This document shows, piece by piece, positions 16,229 through 23,136 of a stretch of 36,507 nucleotides of DNA. Location: the IMG/VR virus record IMGVR_UViG_3300047321_000299; one strand, 5' to 3'. Below the pieces are notes generated by a model. That model was not told the origin of the DNA and did no database searches. It worked only from the letters and a program-made list of their open reading frames with translations. This DNA comes from a virus. The position numbers and the translations under genes were made by a program. Numbering within the stretch: position 1 is the stretch's first letter; each line of letters begins with the position of its first letter.

Positions 16229-17110
16229 TTACGCGAACAGGGCGCCCTGTTCGCGGTCGGGGGTGAGGGTGAACAGGGCGTCGTCGGCGGCGGCCTGGCC
16301 GATCCACTCGCCGCGCCACGTTCCGGCGGTGGCTTCGGCCTCGGTGACCAGCTGCGCGGCGAACAGGGCTTCGGCGTCCTCGACAGTCTCGACGGCGGCG
16401 CCGGTCTGCTCGGCGTACTCGACGGCGTCGACGGCGCGGGCCGCGGTGGCGAATGCGACGTCGGCCGCGTTGGCGGTGAAGCAACCGGGCTCGCTGTTCG
16501 CAGTGAGCAGGTGCTCGGCCATGGCGAGGTGTCGCAGGAGGCCCCAACTCGTGCTGCGGGCGACGTCGACCCCGGCGGCCTTGAGCGTGGCGGCGGCGCG
16601 GTCGGTGTTCCAGCCGCCGAGCTCGGCCTCGACGGCGGCGCGCAGGATCGCGAGGGGTTCGGCCGGCGCCTGCTCGGCGGCGGGCTGCTCGACGGTCGCG
16701 GCGAGCGAGCGGGCGTATGCGCGCTTCTCGGCGGCGCGGTCGCACGGTACGCACAGCTCGTGTCCCTTGTTGAACAGGGCGAGCAGGTCGGAACCGTCGA
16801 CGTACTCGGAGACCTCGCGGCCGCAGAGGGTGTCGTCGTTGTTCGAGTAGTGGACGCGGCGGCCGGTGCCAACGGTGGCGTAGCGGACTCCGGCGCGCTC
16901 GGCGAGGGTCGGGCCGTCGACGGCGTGGTCGGCGGCGACCTGTTCGGCGGCGACGCGGTCGCGCTTCTCGGCCTTGGCGCACGGGGCGCAGATGTGGTTC
17001 CGGATGCCGTTGTTGGGCTCGTGCATGAGCTCGCGGCCGCAGTAGCTCGTGTGGGTGCCGGGCTTGGCGTAGTGGCCGGTGCGTCCGTAGCCGTGTGCGT
17101 AGGTGTCCAT
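16229..17110 (-). CDS. Hypothetical protein with a duplicated Cys-cluster module (293 aa)
   Basis: The internal ATG at 17110 has a GGGAGC SD. The two modules are YCGRELMHEPNNGIRNHICAPCAKAEKRD and LCGREVSEYVDGSDLLALFNKGHELCVPCDRAAEKRA. Confidence 0.7.
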   Translation of the reverse strand: MDTYAHGYGRTGHYAKPGTHTSYCGRELMHEPNNGIRNHICAPCAKAEKRDRVAAEQVAADHAVDGPTLAERAGVRYATVGTGRRVHYSNNDDTLCGREVSEYVDGSDLLALFNKGHELCVPCDRAAEKRAYARSLAATVEQPAAEQAPAEPLAILRAAVEAELGGWNTDRAAATLKAAGVDVARSTSWGLLRHLAMAEHLLTANSEPGCFTANAADVAFATAARAVDAVEYAEQTGAAVETVEDAEALFAAQLVTEAEATAGTWRGEWIGQAAADDALFTLTPDREQGALFA

Positions 17111-17157
17111 GGGGTTTGCTCCCTGGGTTGGTCGGTGCCGTGTGGAGCGGCAACGCC

Positions 17158-17188
17158 TACTGTACTCAGTACAGTACCTAGTACACAA
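17158..17188 (-). promoter_or_regulatory. Candidate sigma70-type promoter overlapped by a 19-bp perfect palindrome (operator)
   Basis: The minus strand reads TTGTGT-18 nt-TACAGT. The palindrome TACTGTACTCAGTACAGTA (17158-17176) covers the spacer and -10. This is an A+T-richer island about 50 nt upstream of ATG 17110. Confidence 0.5.
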
Positions 17189-17201
17189 GGGGGTCGGGGA
17201 A

Positions 17202-17230
17202 AGGGGCGCCGGTCAACTCCCGGCGCCCCT
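17202..17230 (-). terminator. Stem-loop / weak terminator after gene 17239..18096
   Basis: AGGGGCGCCGG-tcaactc-CCGGCGCCCCT forms an 11-bp perfect stem 8 nt after the stop. Only a short TT follows it on the minus strand. Confidence 0.5.
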
Positions 17231-17238
17231 CGGCCCGT

Positions 17239-18096
17239 TCATGCCGCGGGCTGCTCCTCGCCCCTGCGCTGGGCCGCGTCGAGGGCGGTCCACAAACCGA
17301 CCAGCTCGGCGCCCCGCCATACCCGCCGGCCTCGGTCGAGCAGCACGGGCGCGGTGCACGCCTCGCCCCGCGTGCACGTGACGGACGGTTCGCCCCCCGG
17401 CTGCGTCCGGCCGGTGAGCGGGCCGTCGCACCACGGGCATGGCCGGTCAAGGGCGAGGGTGCGCCCGTCGCGGCCGAGGGCTCGCTCGACCTTGCGACGG
17501 GCGAGCGAGGCGACGCGGGCGAGGTCGTCGAGGGTGCGGGCCGGTACCGGAGCAAACAGGGGCTGGTGCACGGTGTTGCTCGGCCTCGGCGCGGTGGTGC
17601 CTTCGCCGAGGGCGCGCCCCTCAAGCCACACCGCGGCCCAATGGAGCCCATACGCGCGGCTGCCGGGCGAGGTGGCTGCCTGGTAGTGCCACCGTGCCGG
17701 GTCGGCGGCGTCGTCCGGGTCCGGCATGGTGGCGTCGGGGTTGCCGTACGTCGGGATGGGCACGGTTCGGATGGGCCGCTGTACCACTTCGGCGATGGCG
17801 TCGGCCGTGTCGAACAGGGCCTCCTCGACGGCGAGGGCGGCGTCGAGCGCGTCGAGGTTGAGCGGGGCGGGGTGCTCGCGCAGTACGAGCGGCATGCGGC
17901 CGATGGTGTCGGCCTGGTGCTCGTCGTCAACGGGGGCGGGGCGGTCGAAGTCGCGGGCGTCGCGCGGGGGCCACTCGGCGGCCGGCGCCTGCTCGATGGC
18001 GGCGAGCAGGTCGCCCCACTGCTCGCGTACGGCGGCGAGGTCGACGGCGGCCCGGTGCGCGGCGGGGGGCGCGATGCGGTCGAGGGTGTCAGTCAC
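17239..18096 (-). CDS. Hypothetical protein with C-terminal Cys4 zinc-ribbon-like motif (285 aa)
   Basis: GTG 18096 lies 8 nt after CAGGAGCAG. The upstream part of track ORF 17239..18717 is Pro/Ser/Ala junk. The C-terminus contains CPWCDG...CTRGEAC. Confidence 0.7.
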   Translation of the reverse strand: MTDTLDRIAPPAAHRAAVDLAAVREQWGDLLAAIEQAPAAEWPPRDARDFDRPAPVDDEHQADTIGRMPLVLREHPAPLNLDALDAALAVEEALFDTADAIAEVVQRPIRTVPIPTYGNPDATMPDPDDAADPARWHYQAATSPGSRAYGLHWAAVWLEGRALGEGTTAPRPSNTVHQPLFAPVPARTLDDLARVASLARRKVERALGRDGRTLALDRPCPWCDGPLTGRTQPGGEPSVTCTRGEACTAPVLLDRGRRVWRGAELVGLWTALDAAQRRGEEQPAA

Positions 18097-18112
18097 GGAG
18101 TACTGCTCCTGA

Positions 18113-18268
18113 TCAGTCGTCGAGAAACGCGATGGTGGCGATGCCGCACCACGTGATGACAGCGGCGATGGCGGCGGCGATGGCGGCGAGCTGCGTCTCG
18201 CCGGTGAGGACGTAGGTGCCTGCGCCGGATATGGCGCCGAGCGATAGGCCGAGCAGGAACCGGGGCAT
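18113..18268 (-). CDS. Small two-helix membrane protein (51 aa)
   Basis: ATG 18268 lies 3 nt after the upstream stop, with an AGGAG about 10 nt upstream. The translation is MPRFLLGLSLGAISGAGTYVLTGETQLAAIAAAIAAVITWCGIATIAFLDD. GC3 is high. It is below the track cutoff. Confidence 0.55.
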   Translation of the reverse strand: MPRFLLGLSLGAISGAGTYVLTGETQLAAIAAAIAAVITWCGIATIAFLDD

Positions 18269-18271
18269 GGG

Positions 18272-18895
18272 TCAGTGCTCCTGGTGGACGAGGTCGGCGA
18301 GGGCGGCGCGCAGCTGGGCGAGCTCGGCCTCGGTCTGGTCGGCGCGCTGCTCGGCCTTGCGGGCGCGGTCGGCGACCTGCTCGACGGCGGCGGCGTCGCG
18401 CTTGGCCTGGTCGAGGCGCTGAGCGGCTTTGGTGGCGTGCTTCTGCTGCCGGTTGCGGTCGGCCTCCATGGCGGCGAGGGCCTTGTCGGCGGCGAGCAGG
18501 CGGGCGCCGTTGCCGGTGAGGGTGCGGGCCGCGTACTCGCCGAGCTGTTCGAGGGGTGTCTCGGCGGGCTGGGCGAGGATGGCGGCGAGGCGGCGGCGGT
18601 GCGTGTCGAGGCGCTGCTCGGCCTTGGTGGCGCGGGCGTCGGCGTCGAGGGTGGCGCGTGCCGTGGTGGTGACGTCGTTCTCGGCGCCCGTCCATGCCTT
18701 GGCCAACCGGCGGGCACGGTGCTCGGCGGCCTCGGCGCGCTTCTCGGCGTTCCGTAGCTGCTCGGCGGTGTCGCACGCTTTCCGCTGCACGCGGCCGAGC
18801 TCGGCCTCGGACTGGGCGGCCTCCGCGAGGGAGCGTACGAGGGTAGGCAAGGCGTCCTCGATGGTGGCGAGGGCTTTCAGCGCTTCGATGGTCAC
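18272..18895 (-). CDS. Coiled-coil hypothetical protein (207 aa)
   Basis: Track ORF. The start forms a GTGA overlap with the upstream gene. The sequence is Ala/Glu/Arg-rich with heptad-like periodicity. Confidence 0.75.
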   Translation of the reverse strand: MTIEALKALATIEDALPTLVRSLAEAAQSEAELGRVQRKACDTAEQLRNAEKRAEAAEHRARRLAKAWTGAENDVTTTARATLDADARATKAEQRLDTHRRRLAAILAQPAETPLEQLGEYAARTLTGNGARLLAADKALAAMEADRNRQQKHATKAAQRLDQAKRDAAAVEQVADRARKAEQRADQTEAELAQLRAALADLVHQEH

Positions 18896-19383
18896 GGCTG
18901 CTGCTCCGGTGTGGTGTCAGTGGTGCGCGGGGCGTTGTCGAGGGTGGCGTCGAGCTCGTATCCGGCGTGGCGGGTGTTGGCGTCGCGGGAGACTCGCCAC
19001 GTGGCGGAGAGTCGGCGGGCCCGGTCGTAGGCATCGCGGATACGGCGGGTGCGGTCGATGGCGTCGGGCCCGTAGACGGCGAGGTACATGCGCAGCTGCT
19101 CGTCGCGGTCGGCGGCGTGCTGCTCGGCCTCGACGATGGCCTCGTGTGCGGCGTCGAGCTGGCGGCCCTGCTGCTGGATGACGTCCTGTTGTCCGGCGAC
19201 GGTGCGGCGCAGCTCGTTGGACTCGGTGAGCTCGACCTCGACGTGTGCGCGGAGTAGGGATGCCTCGGCCGGGGTGATGGGTACGGCGCGTTGGACGCGG
19301 GAGAGGAGTACGAGCAGGCTGTCGCGGCGGGTGTCGCGGTCGGCGGCGCGGCGCTTGCGCTCGGCCATGGTGCGGCGTGGCAT
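18892..19383 (-). CDS. Coiled-coil hypothetical protein (163 aa)
   Basis: Track ORF. A GGGAGC SD lies upstream of ATG 19383. Confidence 0.75.
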   Translation of the reverse strand: MPRRTMAERKRRAADRDTRRDSLLVLLSRVQRAVPITPAEASLLRAHVEVELTESNELRRTVAGQQDVIQQQGRQLDAAHEAIVEAEQHAADRDEQLRMYLAVYGPDAIDRTRRIRDAYDRARRLSATWRVSRDANTRHAGYELDATLDNAPRTTDTTPEQQP

Positions 19384-19443
19384 GGGGTGGGCTCCCGGTG
19401 GTGCGGGGGCGCCGCGCGGCGGCGGCGCCCCGGTGGATGTCGG

Positions 19444-19686
19444 CTAGTGGGGCTGGGATCCGCACTTGCGGCCGCACGTCCAGCACCAATCGGGGTCGCG
19501 CTGAGGGTCGTTGGCGATGGTCACGGCGGGGGCTCCGGTGGTTCGAGCGAGGCGGGCGAGGTGGCGGTCGGCGATGCGGCGGCGGTGCCATCGGTTCGAG
19601 AACGGCACGTCGTGGAACAGGAGGGATGGGGAGCACAGCAGGCCGGTGCGGTGGGCGAGGTAGCGCCACCCGGTGCGGCGGATCAT
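19444..19686 (-). CDS. Small Cys-containing basic protein (80 aa)
   Basis: ATG 19686 forms an ATGA overlap with the upstream stop, and GC3 is very high. The C-terminus contains DWCWTCGRKCGSQPH. Confidence 0.6.
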   Translation of the reverse strand: MIRRTGWRYLAHRTGLLCSPSLLFHDVPFSNRWHRRRIADRHLARLARTTGAPAVTIANDPQRDPDWCWTCGRKCGSQPH

Positions 19687-20606
19687 CGGCCGGCCTCGGC
19701 GGCGTCGCGCTTCTCCAGCTCGGCGACGCGGGCGCGCAGCTGGGCGGCCTCGGCCTGGGCGTCGTCGCGCTCGATGGCGGTCCGGGCGTACATCTCGACG
19801 GCGTGGTCGGCGCGGCCCTTCCACGACAGCTCGGCGGGCTGCTCCTCGGCGGGCCTGTACTCGCGGTGGAACACGTCGATGGGGCAGGCGCTGCCGCACT
19901 GGCCGGGCTTGTCGTCGCGCCACTCGTACGCGACGGCGGTGTGTCCGTCCTCGGCCTGCCATACGCGGGTCACGGTGACGGTCTGGTTGGGGTTGAGCCG
20001 CTTGGTGTAGCGGGCGCCGATGGGCGGGGCGGGCTGCTCGGCGGCCTGGTGCTCGTCGTCGACGGGCCGGGCCGGGGCGAGGTGCGGGGCGAGGCGTCCG
20101 GCGTACTCGGCGAGGCGGGCGGCCTGGTCGAGGCAGCAGTCGCAGCGCGGGTGCGCGGCGGTGCGCAGCATGGCGGACAGGTCGCGGGCGTGCTCGGCGA
20201 GCAGGATGCGGGCGGCTCCGTATGCGGCGACGGGGGTGGGTGCGCGCTCCTCGTCGAGCAGGGCCGTGGCGAGGGCGGGGAGAACGGGGGAGGTGTGGTC
20301 GTCGTCGAGGTGCGCGGCGACGTGGTCGAGCAGCGCGTCGAGGCCGGCCGGGCGCTGGGCGTTGCGGGCGTTGGCCTCGGCAATGGTGTCGGCGTCGAGC
20401 GGCTGGTCGCCCACGGCCGCGGCGTCGGCGTCGAACCGGTCGGCAACCTGGCGGAGCGCGTACGCGGCGGCGCGCTTGCTCATCCCGTGTGAGGCGGCCT
20501 CAACGGCGTACGTGCCCAAGTCGTCGTTGTCGTCGGCGGCCGGGGCGGGTCGGATGATGACGTACGCCATGGCGTCGAGCTCGGCGAGGGTGGCGCGGTG
20601 GTTCAT
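19683..20606 (-). CDS. Hypothetical protein (307 aa)
   Basis: The start is the internal ATG at 20606 (MNHRATLAELD...). The preceding 154 aa of the track ORF are Arg/Pro junk that overlaps ssb. Confidence 0.7.
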   Translation of the reverse strand: MNHRATLAELDAMAYVIIRPAPAADDNDDLGTYAVEAASHGMSKRAAAYALRQVADRFDADAAAVGDQPLDADTIAEANARNAQRPAGLDALLDHVAAHLDDDHTSPVLPALATALLDEERAPTPVAAYGAARILLAEHARDLSAMLRTAAHPRCDCCLDQAARLAEYAGRLAPHLAPARPVDDEHQAAEQPAPPIGARYTKRLNPNQTVTVTRVWQAEDGHTAVAYEWRDDKPGQCGSACPIDVFHREYRPAEEQPAELSWKGRADHAVEMYARTAIERDDAQAEAAQLRARVAELEKRDAAEAGR

Positions 20607-20701
20607 GGGTTGGTCCTGTCTCGTGTGGAGTCGAGCGGGGCTGGGGTGCGCGCGGTCTGCTCGCGCGCACGGCTGGGGCCGCGACCGGTCGCGGGCGCGG
20701 G

Positions 20702-21205
20702 TCAGAACGGGGGTTCGTCGGTGTATCCCTGGCGGGGCTGCTGCTGGGCCCACGGGTCTTGGGCGGGCTGCTGGCCGTATCCCTGGGTCTGCTGGCCGTA
20801 TCCGCCGGTGCTGGGCTGCTGGCGGGTCTGCTGGCCGTTGTTGCCGTTGGTCTTGGTGACGGCGGCGGTGGCGGTCTTGAGCGAGGGGCCGATTTCCTCG
20901 ACCTGGAGCTCGTAGGCGACGCGCTTCTGTCCGTCCTTCTCGTAGCTGCGCTGGGTGAGTCGGCCTTGGGCGATGACGCGCATGCCGCGGGTGAGGGATT
21001 CGGCGGCGTTCTCGGCGGCCTGGCGCCATACGGCGGACCGGAGAAAGAGGGTCTCGCCGTCCTTCCACTCGTTCGTCTGCTTGTCGAAGATGCGGGGGGT
21101 GCTGGCGATGGTGAAGTTGGCGACGGGGGCGCCGGACGGGGTGAACCTGAGTTCGGGGTTATCGGTGATGTTCCCGATGACGGTGATGATGGTTTCGCCG
21201 GACAT
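20702..21205 (-). CDS. ssb: Single-stranded DNA-binding protein (167 aa)
   Basis: It has an OB-fold N-terminus ([29 protein letters not shown]...[19 protein letters not shown]), a Gly/Gln-rich linker, and the acidic tip DEPPF. Confidence 0.9.
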   Translation of the reverse strand: MSGETIITVIGNITDNPELRFTPSGAPVANFTIASTPRIFDKQTNEWKDGETLFLRSAVWRQAAENAAESLTRGMRVIAQGRLTQRSYEKDGQKRVAYELQVEEIGPSLKTATAAVTKTNGNNGQQTRQQPSTGGYGQQTQGYGQQPAQDPWAQQQPRQGYTDEPPF

Positions 21206-21207
21206 GG

Positions 21208-21684
21208 TTATGCGGCCCTTCGGTATGCGGTGGGGGTCTGTGCGGTGCGGGGGGCGCGGCGGCGGTTGCGCTGGCATGCGCGGCATTGGCGGGTGCCGTT
21301 GGGGCGTATGCGGGTGTTGGCCGTGTCGAACTTGTGGCCTGCGATGCAGTGGGTTCGGGCGGCGCGTATGGCGGCGACGTTGGAGCTGCGCAGCACGTTT
21401 TCGCGGTGCGTGACGGCTTCGAGGTGGGCGGGGTTGACGCATGCGCGGGTGCGGCATCGGTGGTCGACTTCGAGGCCGGCGGGGATGGGGCCTATGTGGA
21501 GCTCGTAGGCGTAGCGGTGGGCCTTGACGTTGCGCCCGGCGGTCCAGAACCGCCCGTATCCCTTGGCGTTGGGGCGGCCGGTCCATAGGTGGCAGGGGCC
21601 GGGGGCGTCCTTGCGGAGGGAGAGGGGCCCGGCGGTGTTCACCTTGTCGGCGAATCGCTCGGCGGTTGTGGCTGCTGCGGGCAT
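21208..21684 (-). CDS. HNH endonuclease (158 aa)
   Basis: [16 protein letters not shown]...[43 protein letters not shown] is the HNH_3-type signature. Confidence 0.85.
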   Translation of the reverse strand: MPAAATTAERFADKVNTAGPLSLRKDAPGPCHLWTGRPNAKGYGRFWTAGRNVKAHRYAYELHIGPIPAGLEVDHRCRTRACVNPAHLEAVTHRENVLRSSNVAAIRAARTHCIAGHKFDTANTRIRPNGTRQCRACQRNRRRAPRTAQTPTAYRRAA

Positions 21685-21797
21685 GGCACCTATCCCCGTT
21701 CCGTATGTCCCGTGAACGATCCTCGATCATCCATGGATGAAACCTACCTGTCAGGGGGGTGCGGTGGCTACTTGGGGTGCACCCCCCTGGTGAGGCT

Positions 21798-21959
21798 CTA
21801 CGCGGCCCGTAGAGCGGAGTTGGCGACGTCCGGGGCGACGATGTGCCACCCCTCGCGTTGTAGGGCTGCTACGGCGGCGCGGGCGACGGCCTCGGGCGTG
21901 CTGCCGGGGTGGTCTCGGATGGTGGCGGCGATGACGGCGGCGACGGCGTCGGGAATCAT
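21798..21959 (-). CDS. Small hypothetical protein (53 aa)
   Basis: ATG 21959 forms a TGATG overlap with the upstream stop. It is the only non-junk part of track ORF 21798..22337 ([53 protein letters not shown]). Confidence 0.55.
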   Translation of the reverse strand: MIPDAVAAVIAATIRDHPGSTPEAVARAAVAALQREGWHIVAPDVANSALRAA

Positions 21960-22435
21960 CAGCGGCCGCCTGCGGTGTGCCGGGCGCGGCGGTCGGTGCG
22001 GGTGTTGGGCGGGGCGGTCATCAACTGGCGGGCGTAGCGGGCGGCGTCTCGGTCGCGGCGGACGCGGGCAAGGCGGTCGGCCTCGGCCTGGGCGGCGCGG
22101 TCCTGCTCGAACGCGCGGGCGCGGTCGGCGGCTTCGGCGGCGGCCTGCTCGGCGGCGGCGCGCTCGGCGAGCAGGGCGGGCCCGTCCAGCTCGTACAGGG
22201 TGCGGTAGGCGCTGTGGCCGAGGTGCTCCTCGACGATCACGTATGCGCCGTCGTCTGCCATCTGGCGGGCCATGCGGCGGGCGGCCTTGCGGTCGGGGGT
22301 GGCACGGATGGCGGGCCGGTCGGGACGGGCGTCCCATGACGCGGTGACGCGGTAGCCGTTGCGGTTGTGGGTGCGGTCGGTGGCGGCGGCCTTGCGCCTG
22401 TGGGTCTTGCCCGGGTGCTTTCCGTTGCGGTTCAT
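21959..22435 (-). CDS. Hypothetical protein (158 aa)
   Basis: The internal ATG at 22435 forms an ATGA overlap. The N-terminus is basic and the C-terminal half is coiled-coil. Confidence 0.65.
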   Translation of the reverse strand: MNRNGKHPGKTHRRKAAATDRTHNRNGYRVTASWDARPDRPAIRATPDRKAARRMARQMADDGAYVIVEEHLGHSAYRTLYELDGPALLAERAAAEQAAAEAADRARAFEQDRAAQAEADRLARVRRDRDAARYARQLMTAPPNTRTDRRARHTAGGR

Positions 22436-23136
22436 GCTGCGACCTCGGTCTGTGCGTGGTGGCGGGCGGTGGCGGCGTCGAGGCGGGACGGGTGGGCGGT
22501 GGCGCGGGTCGGCCGGCCGCGTGTGGGGTTGCGGCACTTCTCGCCGGTCGGGGCGCGGCACGGCTCGTAGGGGCACGGCACGTTGAGCGGGTCGGGGCGG
22601 CCGGTGCGGGCGAGGCGTTCGCGTTCGGCCCGGTCGGGGCGGTGGGTGGCGAGGGCGTCGGCGACGGTGCGCGGCAGGTAGGTGCCGAGGGCGGCGAGGC
22701 GGGCCTGTGCCTCGGCCTCGGGGCCCGCGGTGAGCTCCTTGAACGGCCGGGCAGGAACGGCTCCGGTGGCTACGGCCTGGCGGTCGGCGTACAGGGCGCG
22801 CTGATATCCGGCGACGTCGTCGGGGTCCAGCTCGGGGTGCCTGCTCGGCTCAAAGGTGCCCGTGTGGCGGCTGACTACGTCGGCCTTGAACGCGTGCCAC
22901 GGCCGCGATACGTCGCTGGGCTTGATCGGGTAGGGGCTGGTCGCGATGTGGTGGCGTACGGCCTGCGAGGCGTCCCACCCGAGGCCGTTGGGGTGCGGGG
23001 CCGTCGGGGGGACGTCGGCGAGGATGTCGGCCCACTGGTCGAGGGTTTCCTCGGCGGCGGCGGCGTCGGTGGGAGCGCTGCGGGGGTCGAGGCGGACGGC
23101 GTAGGCGAGCAGCGCGGCGACGTGCTGACGGATCAT
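22432..23136 (-). CDS. Hypothetical replication-module protein with C-terminal Cys cluster (234 aa)
   Basis: The internal ATG at 23136 forms an ATGA overlap with the initiator stop. The C-terminus contains VPCPYEPCRAPTGEKCRNP...HPSR. Confidence 0.65.
   Translation of the reverse strand: MIRQHVAALLAYAVRLDPRSAPTDAAAAEETLDQWADILADVPPTAPHPNGLGWDASQAVRHHIATSPYPIKPSDVSRPWHAFKADVVSRHTGTFEPSRHPELDPDDVAGYQRALYADRQAVATGAVPARPFKELTAGPEAEAQARLAALGTYLPRTVADALATHRPDRAERERLARTGRPDPLNVPCPYEPCRAPTGEKCRNPTRGRPTRATAHPSRLDAATARHHAQTEVAA

Noticed and set aside
17158-17176. E. coli-type LexA box (CTGT-N8-ACAG) reading of TACTGTACTCAGTACAGTA
   Set aside because: The spacing is N7, not N8. The expected SOS box in high-GC actinobacteria is GAAC-N4-GTTC-like, which is absent. 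It is kept only as a generic operator candidate.
19444-19686. WhiB-like transcription factor call for the 80-aa Cys-containing protein
   Set aside because: The Cys spacing is C-X49-C-X2-C-X3-C and there is no GxWGG turn. This does not match the WhiB C-Xn-C-X2-C-X5-C signature.
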